64,000 nucleotides of DNA. Origin: an uncultured Candidatus Binatia bacterium (GTDB lineage: Bacteria > Desulfobacterota > Binatia > UBA9968 > CAXXLF01). The stretch is taken from NCBI GenBank assembly GCA_965218425.1, contig OZ244621.1:1984001-2048000 (forward strand), in the 5' to 3' direction. How positions within the stretch are numbered: the stretch's first letter is position 1; every line of letters begins with the position of its first letter. Below, one piece after another: positions 19,289 to 28,908 of this stretch. Under the pieces are notes generated by a model. It searched no databases and had not been told where the DNA came from. It saw only the letters and a program-made list of their open reading frames with translations. A program made the translations under genes and the position numbers.

Positions 19289-20176
19289 ATGGAAGTGATC
19301 AAAGGCCAGTTCAAAGAAACCAAAGGCATTCCACCCAGTGGTCTGTGCGTGGGGGTTCATCGTGCCGGGGCCATCCATATGAAAATGGTCGAGAAATATG
19401 GAGACGGACTATCAGTCTGGTCGCTCAGACCCGACCTGGATTTCGTGGCCTTCAAAAAGGAAGGCCTTGGGGAAAAAGGCATCCGCGCTACGAACGATAT
19501 GGAATCCATCACGGATGAAAAGCTCATCTATGGAGTCCGGGGGGCCCCACCGGAAATCCGGCAGAAGGCCCGGGATCAGGGGCTTGAGCTGCTGGCGGAC
19601 GCCACCTGCCCTTTCGTGCTTGAGCAGGAAAAAGCCGAGGTGGAGATGCTGCAGCAGGGGTTCAACCTGGTGGTATTGAGCAGCGCTACCCATCACGGTA
19701 TCCCACGCTTGTTGGGTATCGCAAAGGAAGCGGGACGCGAGGTTTTTATCGTGGAGAAAGAAGAGGACGTGGACAAGATACGCCTTACCCGCTTCGAGCC
19801 CGTCGGGGTCATCGTTCAAACCACTTTCTGGATGGAATCTTACAAAAAGATCATGGCTCTAATCCTGGAGCGGTTCTCCAATGTTCGCGTCCGAAACACC
19901 GCGTGCATCGATTCTTTCCAGCGGCTCCCCGAGGTGGAAAAACTGGCCAAACAGGTGGAGGCGGTCGTCATCGTGGGATGGACCGAGGGGATGACCACAC
20001 GCATGTTAGAGGTGGCTAAAGCTTCCAACCCGTGCGTCTACAAGCTTGAAAAGGTGGAAGAGCTTGAAACCATCTGGTTTCGGGGCAAGGAAAAAGTCGG
20101 TGTCATCGGGGCCAACGAAACCCCCGACTGGATGGTGGATGAGGTCATCGAGCGGATCAAATCCATGGCGGCATAG
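19289..20176 (+). CDS. Divergent IspH/LytB-like Fe-S protein
   Basis: GLCVGV.RA, DATCP.V, QTT, NTAC and ETP.W.V.EV give the IspH fold with all three Cys; the His, Glu and SSN motifs are altered. Confidence 0.8.
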   Translation: MEVIKGQFKETKGIPPSGLCVGVHRAGAIHMKMVEKYGDGLSVWSLRPDLDFVAFKKEGLGEKGIRATNDMESITDEKLIYGVRGAPPEIRQKARDQGLELLADATCPFVLEQEKAEVEMLQQGFNLVVLSSATHHGIPRLLGIAKEAGREVFIVEKEEDVDKIRLTRFEPVGVIVQTTFWMESYKKIMALILERFSNVRVRNTACIDSFQRLPEVEKLAKQVEAVVIVGWTEGMTTRMLEVAKASNPCVYKLEKVEELETIWFRGKEKVGVIGANETPDWMVDEVIERIKSMAA

Positions 20177-20188
20177 GCAACACGTCAG

Positions 20189-20476
20189 ATGCCAAAGATT
20201 ACCTTCATGCCTTCCGGACAGAGCTTTGACGTGGATGAAGGCACCACAATATTAGCGGCGGCCATCCATAATGGCCTCCACCTCCCCCATGATTGCACCG
20301 AGGCCATCTGCGGAACCGATCGGGTGAAGGTCTTGTCCGGTCACAAAAACCTGAGCGAGAGGGGCGACAACGAGGAATTGACCTTGAGCATGTTAAATTC
20401 CGGCGCTGATGATCGTCTGGGCTGCGTCGCGCAGGTCCTTGGGGAAGTGGTGGTAGAAATCCCTTCTCCGTCTTAG
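20189..20476 (+). CDS. 2Fe-2S ferredoxin (C-x4-C-x2-D ... C)
   Basis: HDCTEAICGTDRV...RLGC; 12 bp after the IspH-like gene. Confidence 0.85.
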   Translation: MPKITFMPSGQSFDVDEGTTILAAAIHNGLHLPHDCTEAICGTDRVKVLSGHKNLSERGDNEELTLSMLNSGADDRLGCVAQVLGEVVVEIPSPS

Positions 20477-20572
20477 CTCCCTCCTTTCGGTGCTCCCTAA
20501 GAAAAAGATTTTTCTGAAAAAACTCGACTGATCTGTTGTCGAACTGCGCCATGCAACCCTTTGCAGAACTGA

Positions 20573-21380
20573 TCAACCGGAATTTTCCATAAAGCTTATG
20601 ATCTCTCTCGCTGCGTTGACCGCACCGTCGATTGGGTCCTGTAGCCGTTTGAGCCGCTGCATATTTTCCCGATAACTCTTGTCAGTCGTGATGAGCTCAA
20701 TTGCAGCGGCAAGTCTGCGACTGCTCAAGGTCTTCGGGTGCAATGCCTAGTATCTCCGGAGCATCCATTACGAGTGTCAGGTCACCGGCCATCAGGTCGA
20801 GGGCGCTCTTGAACTCCGATGGTTTTAGCTCTGAGGCAAGCTGATTAAACGGCCTGATCCACAGCCGTAGCCGAGGCATGATCCAGTTGACAAACCAGTT
20901 CATAGGCAGGTAGTGAAGCCAACCGAATTAAGGCGGGTACAAATACGCCATCTTTCGATCGAAGAAGGGGGCGGTGAATGGGGTCAGGCCGCTGCGCCAC
21001 AATGGGGATACCAACAAGCCGGACTGACAAATAAGACGGGAGATTCCATCCAATGATCACTACATCGGCTTTCGCATCACGGAGCATTCCCGCTTCACAT
21101 GGGACATACTCCTTTAGCTCTTCGTAGGTGAGGAAACTATCGCGGAACGGGTTGCCGACCTCTCCCCCGTTGAATGCCATGTACTGCTTGGCCCGTTCCC
21201 GTGACATCATGGGTGGGACAGGGAGCACCTCGAAACCTGCGTCTTGAGCTACCCACTCGTATGAACCGCCATGGCTGAAAAACGGAATGTCGTGTCCCAT
21301 CTCACGGAGGGCTTTGCCAGGTTCTACAAGGCGTGACACCTCTGAAAGGTAATAGAAATGAGAAAGCAGACGATGTTCAT
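20573..21380 (-). pseudogene. Glycosyltransferase (MGT/UDP-GT family) pseudogene with frameshifts and an internal deletion
   Basis: Fragments in different frames: MNIVCF/YYLSEVSRLVE..GH....FSHGG.YE; DLTLVMDAPE; C-terminal SYRENMQRLK...DGAVNAA. Confidence 0.7.
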
Positions 21381-21676
21381 GGGTGATATAGACGACCGGA
21401 CTGAAACCAGTGCTTATAACTACTACGTTTCTGATTGGAGACGCAATTTAAGCTATGACAGGCCGTATCTTGAGGAATCCGTCGACCACAAAAGCAAACC
21501 CGGGGATGAGCTGGCTCAAATTTTAACACTCGCTCCTTGACGGCCAGGTTATCCCCTTTACCTCTCTTTCGCTGGGTTCGTCCGAGTCTTCTAAGAAGAG
21601 TGAGCCCGCTGCATTGACAAGAACAAGAAGAGGGTCGTAAGGTACGGAAACTGAAGCCAGAACGTTCGGGAGGCAT

Positions 21677-23785
21677 GTGCCAACGAGCTACATCATTGGG
21701 GTTGATATCGGCGGGACATTCACCGACTGCGTCGTGGTGGACGGCGAGGGGGCGATCACTCTCGGAAAGGCCCCTTCAACGCCCCACGACTTCTCCCATG
21801 GAGTCATCGATGCCCTACTGGACGCGGCGCGCAACCTGGACCTACGTAATGAGGAGGAGTTGCTTCGCTCCACGCGACTCTTCTTCCATGCCTGCACCGT
21901 AGGAGAAAACACTTTGATCACGCGGGCGGGTGCGAGAACCGCCCTGATCACCACGCGGGGATTTGCGGATGCCGCGCTCATGATGCGAGGCTCCACCACC
22001 ACCGGGTTGACGGAGCACGAGGCATTTCACGAATCCGAACTGCGCAAACCGGACCCTCTGGTGCCTCGGAGCCTTATCGCCGAGATCACTGAGCGGGTGG
22101 ACTACAAGGGTGCGGTCTTGGCCCCATTGAATGCTGAGGAGGCACGACAGGTGGCGAAAAGTCTTGCCTCTAAAGGCGTGGAATCAGTGGCCATCTGTCT
22201 CCTGTGGTCCATCGCAAACAATGCTCACGAGCACGCCATCGAAAAAATATTGAAGCAGGAATACCCAAGCATTTTTGTCAGCTGCTCGAGCGAGGCTGCT
22301 CCCTTCCTAGGAGAGTACGAGCGAGGTATCACTACCATCTTCAATGCGTATATGGGCCCCAAGGTCGCGGCTTACCTCAGATCGCTTCAGACCGGCCTGA
22401 AGGCGCTGGGTCTCGCTAAGGAACCTCTCATTATGCAGTCTTACGGCGGCGTTTTGGGCATCGACGCCACCTGCAAAAGTGCCGTATCCACCATTGAGTC
22501 TGGTCCCGCATCCGGGGTAGTGGGCACACACTTTCTTGGAAAGCTTATCGGCGAAGAGAACGTTTTGGCCACGGACATGGGCGGGACCACTTTTAAGGTT
22601 AGCGTTATCCGTAACGGGGCTTTGGAACGGGACTACGCTCCCGTGTTCATGCGCTACCGGCTGCTGAGCCCCAAGATCTGGGTAGAGTCCATCGGGGCAG
22701 GCGGCGGGAGTATTGCGTGGATCGATCCCGAGACGACGCTCCTTAAGGTGGGTCCTCAGGGTGCCGGCGCACGTCCCGGTCCCGTCTGCTACGCCGTAGG
22801 CGGTACGGAGCCCACAGTTTCCGACGCCGACCTTATCCTTGGATACCTGAATCCGGACTACTTCCTTGGCGGGCGAATGAAACTGGACAGGGAGAATGCG
22901 GTCAAGGCGATCCAAGACAAGATCGCTACCCCCATGGGCATGAGTGTTGTGGAAGCCGCGGCCGGTATCTATCGCATCGCGAACTCGCACATGACTGACT
23001 TGATCCGCAAGGCAACAGTGGAGCGCGGCTACGACCCCCGTATTTTCACCCTGTTCGCCTACGGTGGAGCTGCCCCGGTCCACGCCGCAAGGTACTCCTC
23101 GGAACTGGGAGTGCGGCAGGTGGTGATCCCGCCCACCGCCTCGGTTCATGGGGCCACCGGACTTATTGCATCCGACGTGGTTTACGAGTACGGAATGTCC
23201 GATCACCTTGTGATCCCTGCTTCAGTGGACCATATCAATAGCAACTTTAACAGTCTGATGGAGAACGCGTTTGGCGATCTCCACTCCGCCGGCTTCAGCG
23301 ATGAGGGCATCGAGATTGTCCGTAGCATGGACGTGCGCTATCGCTACCAGGTCCACGAGCTAAACGTCCCCCTGTCCTCGGGAACGAAGGAGTTGGTGGC
23401 AAAAGACCTGGAGAGGTTGTATGAGGATTTCGACATCTCCTATGAACAGTCCTATGGACAGGGATCGGGGTACCGCGAGGCAGGAAAGGAGGTCATCACC
23501 TTTCGCGTAACTGGCATCGGGAAGCTCCCCAAGCGGCATATCAAGCGCTTGACCCGAGGAGAAAATATGAAAACCCGGGCCATGAAGGCTACAAGAGAGG
23601 TTTACTTCGAGGCTGCTGGCGGATTTGTGGAAACCGCGATCTATGACTTCACAAAAATTGGACCCGACGTCGAAGTAGAGGGTCCCTCGGTTATCGAGAG
23701 CCCCGTGACCACCATCGTAGTCAACCCGAAGGACGGAGCCGTCATGGACGAGTTCCGCAATATCCGCATTCGCATTGGAAGCTAG
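21677..23785 (+). CDS. Hydantoinase/oxoprolinase A subunit (acetone carboxylase beta-like)
   Basis: GVDIGGTFTD, SGPASG, DMGGTT, IGAGGGS, GPQGAGARPGP, PTVSDA. Confidence 0.92.
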   Translation: MPTSYIIGVDIGGTFTDCVVVDGEGAITLGKAPSTPHDFSHGVIDALLDAARNLDLRNEEELLRSTRLFFHACTVGENTLITRAGARTALITTRGFADAALMMRGSTTTGLTEHEAFHESELRKPDPLVPRSLIAEITERVDYKGAVLAPLNAEEARQVAKSLASKGVESVAICLLWSIANNAHEHAIEKILKQEYPSIFVSCSSEAAPFLGEYERGITTIFNAYMGPKVAAYLRSLQTGLKALGLAKEPLIMQSYGGVLGIDATCKSAVSTIESGPASGVVGTHFLGKLIGEENVLATDMGGTTFKVSVIRNGALERDYAPVFMRYRLLSPKIWVESIGAGGGSIAWIDPETTLLKVGPQGAGARPGPVCYAVGGTEPTVSDADLILGYLNPDYFLGGRMKLDRENAVKAIQDKIATPMGMSVVEAAAGIYRIANSHMTDLIRKATVERGYDPRIFTLFAYGGAAPVHAARYSSELGVRQVVIPPTASVHGATGLIASDVVYEYGMSDHLVIPASVDHINSNFNSLMENAFGDLHSAGFSDEGIEIVRSMDVRYRYQVHELNVPLSSGTKELVAKDLERLYEDFDISYEQSYGQGSGYREAGKEVITFRVTGIGKLPKRHIKRLTRGENMKTRAMKATREVYFEAAGGFVETAIYDFTKIGPDVEVEGPSVIESPVTTIVVNPKDGAVMDEFRNIRIRIGS

Positions 23786-23832
23786 CCGTGGCCAGGCTGG
23801 ACATGGGGAGATCCTGTATATGAAAGGAAACT

Positions 23833-25677
23833 ATGACAACGGTCACCACGGAAAACATTGACCCGGTAACCTTTGAGATCCTCTCTCACCGGCTCCACCA
23901 GATCGCCAAGGAGATGGGCACCACACTGGAGCGGGTGGGTGGAACGGTCAATACCACACAGCAGCACGATTATATGGCCTCGCTATACCGTCCCAACGGC
24001 GACATCCTGGCCACGGGCGAGTCGATGCCATGGCACGTGGCCTGCGGCGGTTTTACCGTGAAGCGGATCTTAGAGCGTTTCGAGAACGAGGAGGGAATCT
24101 ACCCGGACGATGTCTTTCTCCTCAACGATCCTTACCTTTCAGCTATCCATCAGTCGGACTTGTACATGGTGGCGCCGCATCACCATGAAGGAAAGTTGAC
24201 CAGCTGGAGTGCATCATTCGTCCACGTGATGGATATCGGCGCCATGTCACCCGGGGGCAACTCCCCGGGAGCAACGGAGATCTGCCAGGAGGGGGTGAGG
24301 ATTCCCGGCCTCAAGCTGGTGGAGCAGGGCCGGTTCCGCCGTGACGTCTTCGAGATGATTACATGCATGACCCGCCAGCCCATGATGGTAGGCCTGGACC
24401 TAAAGTCCGAGCTGGCCGGCAACAATGTCGCCAAGCAACGGATGCAGGAGATGGTAGGCCAATACGGCTGGGAGCTTATAGACACGGTTTCTCAGGAGAT
24501 GATCCGTTATTCGGAGGCCGCCCTGCGCCGTCGCATCACCGAACTTCCGCAGGGCGAGTGGAGAGCGGAGACGACTATTCAAACGGGTTCGAAGCTCGTT
24601 TCTCGGATCATGGTTACCCTGAAAAAACGCGGCGACGCCTTGATCTTCGATTTTACCGGGACGGACGAGCAGGCGAAGGTAGGCATCAATCTTCCATTCC
24701 ACGCCACCTTCGGCTCCTGTTACGATGCCGTCATCATGACCATGGCATACGACCTCCCAAAGAATCACGGCCTGTTCCGCCCCATCGAACTCGTGGCTCT
24801 GCCGGGAACCCTAGTTAACGTTCAGCACCCCGCCCCGGTATCTCTGAACACTACGTCCGGCGGCGCCGCTGCGAAGTTCGTCGCCCGTGCGGCCATGATC
24901 CAGATGCTGGCCACAGACAAGAGCTGGCGAAAGGAGGTCATGGGGTTGAACTCTGGCTCCCGTCTCGTGAGGACGGCTGGACTCAACCAGCGGGGCGTTC
25001 CCTATGTCTCCGGCTTAGCACAGGGAGCCATCAGCGGTGACGGCGCCCGTGCAACGCGCGACGGCAACGATACCGGTAGCGGCGGTTACATGAGCTGTCC
25101 CAACGTAGAGTGGGCCGAGCGCAACTTCCCGCTCCTCTTCCTGTTTCGCCGCCATATCAAGGATGGCGGCGGCGCGGGCAAATTCCGCGGCGGCGCAGGT
25201 GCCGAGATGGCCATAACGGCACATGATTCCCCGGAGGGAAAGATCCGCGCCGTGGCCTACGGAGTGGCCGGCTTTGGCAACACGGGCCGAGGGGTCGGCG
25301 GCGGCTACCCCGGTGCACCCAGCCTGCTCATCCATTTCGAAGGAACCGATCTAGAAGAACAACTAGCCGCCGGTAAGTATCCGCACAACGTCACGGAACT
25401 GGGCGGCACCTCCAGGCTTCTGCCCTACTGCGACTTCGAAATCAAGAGAAACGATGTGCTCTTTTATCGTCTGGGGAACGGCGGCGGGTACGGAGATCCT
25501 CTGGAGCGAGAGCCGGAAGCGGTGCTGAACGACGTCCTGAGCGAGGTTGTCTCTCAAGAGAGCGCCCGCGACCTTTACGGAGTAGTGCTGAAAGATGACG
25601 CTGTGCAAGTGGACCACAAAGCGACCCGGCAGCTCCGTGCTCGCTTGAAGGCCAAGCGACAGGGGGAACCGGAGTGA
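23833..25677 (+). CDS. Hydantoinase B/oxoprolinase subunit (acetone carboxylase alpha-like)
   Basis: IDPVTFEIL, NDPY...HQSD, HVMDIG, DGGGAGKFRGG, GGGYGDPLER. Confidence 0.92.
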   Translation: MTTVTTENIDPVTFEILSHRLHQIAKEMGTTLERVGGTVNTTQQHDYMASLYRPNGDILATGESMPWHVACGGFTVKRILERFENEEGIYPDDVFLLNDPYLSAIHQSDLYMVAPHHHEGKLTSWSASFVHVMDIGAMSPGGNSPGATEICQEGVRIPGLKLVEQGRFRRDVFEMITCMTRQPMMVGLDLKSELAGNNVAKQRMQEMVGQYGWELIDTVSQEMIRYSEAALRRRITELPQGEWRAETTIQTGSKLVSRIMVTLKKRGDALIFDFTGTDEQAKVGINLPFHATFGSCYDAVIMTMAYDLPKNHGLFRPIELVALPGTLVNVQHPAPVSLNTTSGGAAAKFVARAAMIQMLATDKSWRKEVMGLNSGSRLVRTAGLNQRGVPYVSGLAQGAISGDGARATRDGNDTGSGGYMSCPNVEWAERNFPLLFLFRRHIKDGGGAGKFRGGAGAEMAITAHDSPEGKIRAVAYGVAGFGNTGRGVGGGYPGAPSLLIHFEGTDLEEQLAAGKYPHNVTELGGTSRLLPYCDFEIKRNDVLFYRLGNGGGYGDPLEREPEAVLNDVLSEVVSQESARDLYGVVLKDDAVQVDHKATRQLRARLKAKRQGEPE

Positions 25678-25937
25678 CCAGGTTCATCAATGAGCATTTG
25701 GAAGTTTACACGGACGACCGTGGAGAGTGGTACCGTTGTGTCCACTGCGAGCACCTACTCTGCCCTGCCAGCGAGGACTGGAGGAAAGGATGCCTCGTGC
25801 GGCAGGTGCCGCCCAAGCAGGAGCCCATCGTGAGCGATCTTTTAGGCCCCTACTGGTACCGGCAGCACTGCTGCTCCTCCTGCGGCTCATTGCTGGAAAC
25901 GAACCTCATCACCCAGGAAGGCGAGGTGGTACGATGA
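25674..25937 (+). CDS. Acetone carboxylase gamma-subunit-like Zn protein
   Basis: INEHL...CVHC.H.L....DWR...CSSCG.LLE; GTGA overlap with the B subunit. Confidence 0.7.
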   Translation: MTRFINEHLEVYTDDRGEWYRCVHCEHLLCPASEDWRKGCLVRQVPPKQEPIVSDLLGPYWYRQHCCSSCGSLLETNLITQEGEVVR

Positions 25938-26491
25938 TAAAGCATGGCACGCCTAATGTCCCTAAGCCCACGGCCGTAACCTTGGACCGGACAGCTACCG
26001 CGGTGGTTGTGTTAGATCTGAGCACTCGCTGTGATGACCCAAACGCACCTTGCGCGGAACTGCTGCCGGTAGTGGGAGCGTTTCTGGAGCGAGCGCGCGC
26101 CAGCCAGGTGTCCATCGTGTTCAGTGTGTCGCTGCGGGACCGGGGCACGGAACTGGGGGTTGTGGCCTCTGCTCTGAAGCGCCGCGAATCTGAACCCATA
26201 GTCTTTCCCGACTCATTCGACAAGTTCTTCGGCGGTGAGCTCCATGACGTTCTACAACGGATGGGGGCAAAGAACCTAGTGATTGTCGGTGCCGCCACCA
26301 ATGTGGCTGTGATGTATACCACCACGACGGCAGTACGAGTGCACAAGTACAATGCGGTCATCCCCACGGACGGCGTTACCGCGGCATCTGACTACGAACA
26401 CCAATACGCTCTGCACCAGCTCCACGCTCTCCCCGCCGGCTCCATCACGCCGGTCGGCTTCTCCACCCTACCCTCCATCATCTTCCAGTAG
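25934..26491 (+). CDS. Isochorismatase-family protein (catalytic Cys replaced by Ala)
   Basis: TAVVVLD, L..LQ..G..NLVIVG, GAATNVAV in place of G..T..CV; ATGA overlap. Confidence 0.75.
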   Translation: MIKHGTPNVPKPTAVTLDRTATAVVVLDLSTRCDDPNAPCAELLPVVGAFLERARASQVSIVFSVSLRDRGTELGVVASALKRRESEPIVFPDSFDKFFGGELHDVLQRMGAKNLVIVGAATNVAVMYTTTTAVRVHKYNAVIPTDGVTAASDYEHQYALHQLHALPAGSITPVGFSTLPSIIFQ

Positions 26492-27288
26492 GAAAGTTGG
26501 GTTGCAGGCGCCCGCGAGTCTTACTATGGGACCTCCAGCGTCCTCACCTTTTTATTGAGTATCAACGACCTAATCTAATAATAAAATATTTGATGAAAGT
26601 GTGAAAGAATAAGACCGATTCTATGGAGAGAGGGATAAAGGGGCCGGGCCTAGCGCTCGGCCTTTGTATGTTTCCGGGCAGCCATTTTCCTCTAACGGAA
26701 AGCGCTGAGGGGAAAATAGGATGGATAGGGGGGCGAGGTAAGAACGTAATGGACTGAGTTTGGCTCAAGCGAATGTAAGACGACCTCAGCCGCTCCTCTA
26801 TTTACCTTGCCGCAAGCTCATTCATTCTCACTAAAAACCGACTAGGCAAGTGTGCCATGCTTCCGAGCCGCCCACTGGATTGGCTCTGGAAGTAGGGCCT
26901 TGTATAAACTGGGGAACCCCACTTTCCGGCTCTTTATTCGCTGCGTTGTACCCGCCGACGCAAACTTAAAGGCCTTGAAGCGATCATGAACGTCCTCGAC
27001 ATCTTTTGTTAAGACGTCAAATGGCGTCGATTGGATAGGCTCGTGGTGCAGGGGGCCCGACATTCCTATGTTGAAACTCGGCTTTCATTTAAGCGTCTTA
27101 TCCTCTAACCAGGTTAGAATGTCGGAGATGGAATATTGCTCAGGCATAATTGGGTTAGTCAGGCAGCTCAAATCGCTCGAAATTTCAATTGATTTGTCGA
27201 ATTCCTTAGGTCCTACGGGCCGTTGGGTTGCCGGGCCAGCATGCTTTCGAGGGCCAGGCGGAGCTTGGTGACTTCGCGGCTGTATCTA

Positions 27289-27316
27289 GGGGTCAGGCCT
27301 GGATATATTGATAATC
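27289..27316 (+). repeat. REP-like GGGGTCAG repeat upstream of the RAYT remnant
   Basis: GGGGTCAGGCCTGGATATATTGATAATC; related to 55739-55763 and 57055-57079. Confidence 0.6.
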
Positions 27317-27348
27317 TTTTTAAATCGGTGATGTTAAACCCACAGGGC

Positions 27349-27540
27349 GCGCGCTCCCTGGTTCTTTGGTAGGGGCGCTTTGTAGCACGCATCGCGCGTG
27401 AAAACCACAAGCGAAAATCCTTCCCGATCTCTCTGGACTACGAAGTGCATAGCTAGCGCCTTGTGCGGTATCGAAACGAACTCCACGTTAGTCTCTATGC
27501 CTTTTCTCTTATGCCCATCCACGTTTATCTGCTGCTGGAG
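27349..27540 (+). pseudogene. REP-associated tyrosine (Y1 HUH) transposase N-terminal remnant
   Basis: Translation with two stops: ARENHKRKSF...DYEVHS*RLVRYRNELHVSLYAFSLMPIHVYLLLE, resembling RAYT RGN.R..IF...Y.YCLM.NH.HLL.E. Confidence 0.6.
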
Positions 27541-27695
27541 TGTGCTGAAAAGCAAATCGGAGCCAAAGAGAGCGGGCATTACGAGAGGAAACTGAAGTGA
27601 AGTGCTAGCTAAGATTGTTTAGATATACAGGCCTGAGGTAGCCCAGGTTTGACGGACACCTAAAAAGGGGACAAGATCCCCGCAGGAGGTGTTCG

Positions 27696-27986
27696 ATGGG
27701 CAAGCGAAGGCGTTTCACCCAAGAGTTTAAGTTGGAAGCTGTTCGACTGCTGGAGGCGGGCGCTCGGCCAGCAGCGGAGATTGCACGGGAACTGGGAGTA
27801 CCTCGCAATCGACTGTACAAGTGGCAGGAGCAAGTGACGAGGAAAGGGGCGGCTGCGTTTCCCGGCACAGGTCGAGGTAGAGACAACGATGAGGTAGCAC
27901 GGTTAAGGCGAGAGCTGGAGCGGGTAACGCAACAACGAGATATATTAAAAAAGGCCGCAGCGTACTTTGCCAAGGAGCTCAAGTAA
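27696..27986 (+). CDS. IS3 transposase OrfA (HTH)
   Basis: RRRFTQEFKLEAVRL...IARELG....LYKW...RDILKKAAAYF. Confidence 0.92.
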   Translation: MGKRRRFTQEFKLEAVRLLEAGARPAAEIARELGVPRNRLYKWQEQVTRKGAAAFPGTGRGRDNDEVARLRRELERVTQQRDILKKAAAYFAKELK

Positions 27987-28846
27987 AGTACGCGTTTATA
28001 CGAGCTCACAGGACAGAGTTTAGGGTAGTGAGGATGTGCGAGGTATTAGAGGTCAGTCGTAGTGGGTACTACGACTGGAGCGGTCGAGGGGAGTCTCGGC
28101 GTAGAGCACAGGATAAGGTTGTGATCAAAGAGATCCGCAAGGTGCACGAGAGCTACAAGGAAGCGTACGGGGCAGTCAAGACATGGCTGACGCTGAAGGA
28201 GGCGGGGGTGACATGTGGGAAGCATGGGGTGGCGAGGCTGAGGAGTTTAGTGGGGATAGAGACGCGTCGGGTGCAAAGGTTTCGATTGGCCTACAAGGCT
28301 CGTCACAGTGCGCCACCGGCACCGAACTTGTTGCGTCAACGCTTCGAAGCGTCAGGCCCCGACCAGGTATGGATGGCCGATATTACCTTCATTGGTACCC
28401 GATCTGGGTGGTTATACCTGGCGGTAGTGGTGGACCTTTACTCTCGGCTGGTGGTGGGATGGTCAATGAAGCAACGTCCCACACAGGAGTTGGTCAGTGA
28501 AGCTTTACTGATGGCTATCGAACAGCGCCAGCCTATGGCGGGGCTGATTCACCATAGCGACCAAGGAATCCAATACGCTAGCAATCACTACGTTGAGTTG
28601 CTCAAACGCCATGGGGTGGTGCGCAGCATGAGCCGCAAAGGGAATTGCTACGACAATGCAGTGGTCGAGAGTTTGTTCAGCTCACTAAAGAATGAACTTG
28701 TACACCATCAGGATTATAAGACGAGGCAGGACGCTAGGTCGGATATCTTCGACTACATTGAACTGTTTTATAACCGAAGAAGAAAGCATGAGTCGTTGGG
28801 ATACCACACCCCAATGGCATATGACTCGATCAAACGTGTGGCTTAA
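27947..28846 (+). CDS. IS3 transposase OrfB (DDE), reached by -1 frameshift
   Basis: WMADIT, DLYSR, HSDQG.QY, GNCYDNAVVES, YNRRR.H. Confidence 0.92.
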   Translation, partial: KKGRSVLCQGAQVKYAFIRAHRTEFRVVRMCEVLEVSRSGYYDWSGRGESRRRAQDKVVIKEIRKVHESYKEAYGAVKTWLTLKEAGVTCGKHGVARLRSLVGIETRRVQRFRLAYKARHSAPPAPNLLRQRFEASGPDQVWMADITFIGTRSGWLYLAVVVDLYSRLVVGWSMKQRPTQELVSEALLMAIEQRQPMAGLIHHSDQGIQYASNHYVELLKRHGVVRSMSRKGNCYDNAVVESLFSSLKNELVHHQDYKTRQDARSDIFDYIELFYNRRRKHESLGYHTPMAYDSIKRVA

Positions 28847-28908
28847 TTAACTGTCCGTGAAACCCGGGTCGCTTCAGCCCGACCCCACTGCCCTGTTTTA
28901 AGTTAAGT

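Larger units (their letters stand above)
27634..28876 (+). mobile_element. IS3-family insertion sequence, apparently intact
   Basis: TG...CA imperfect IRs (TGAGGTAGCCCAGGTTTGACGGACA / TGTCCGTGAAACCCGGGTCGCTTCA); 3-bp target duplication GCC; orfA/orfB with an A6G slippery site at 27947-27953. Confidence 0.93.

Noticed and set aside
22307..23206. Long antisense ORFs (also 31412-32293, 32884-33486, 40582-41190)
   Set aside because: Shadow frames of well-supported genes in GC-rich DNA, with no recognisable motifs
26560..27270. Short ORFs in the AT-richer gap after the hydantoinase operon
   Set aside because: No recognisable family; possibly decayed coding DNA that cannot be assigned
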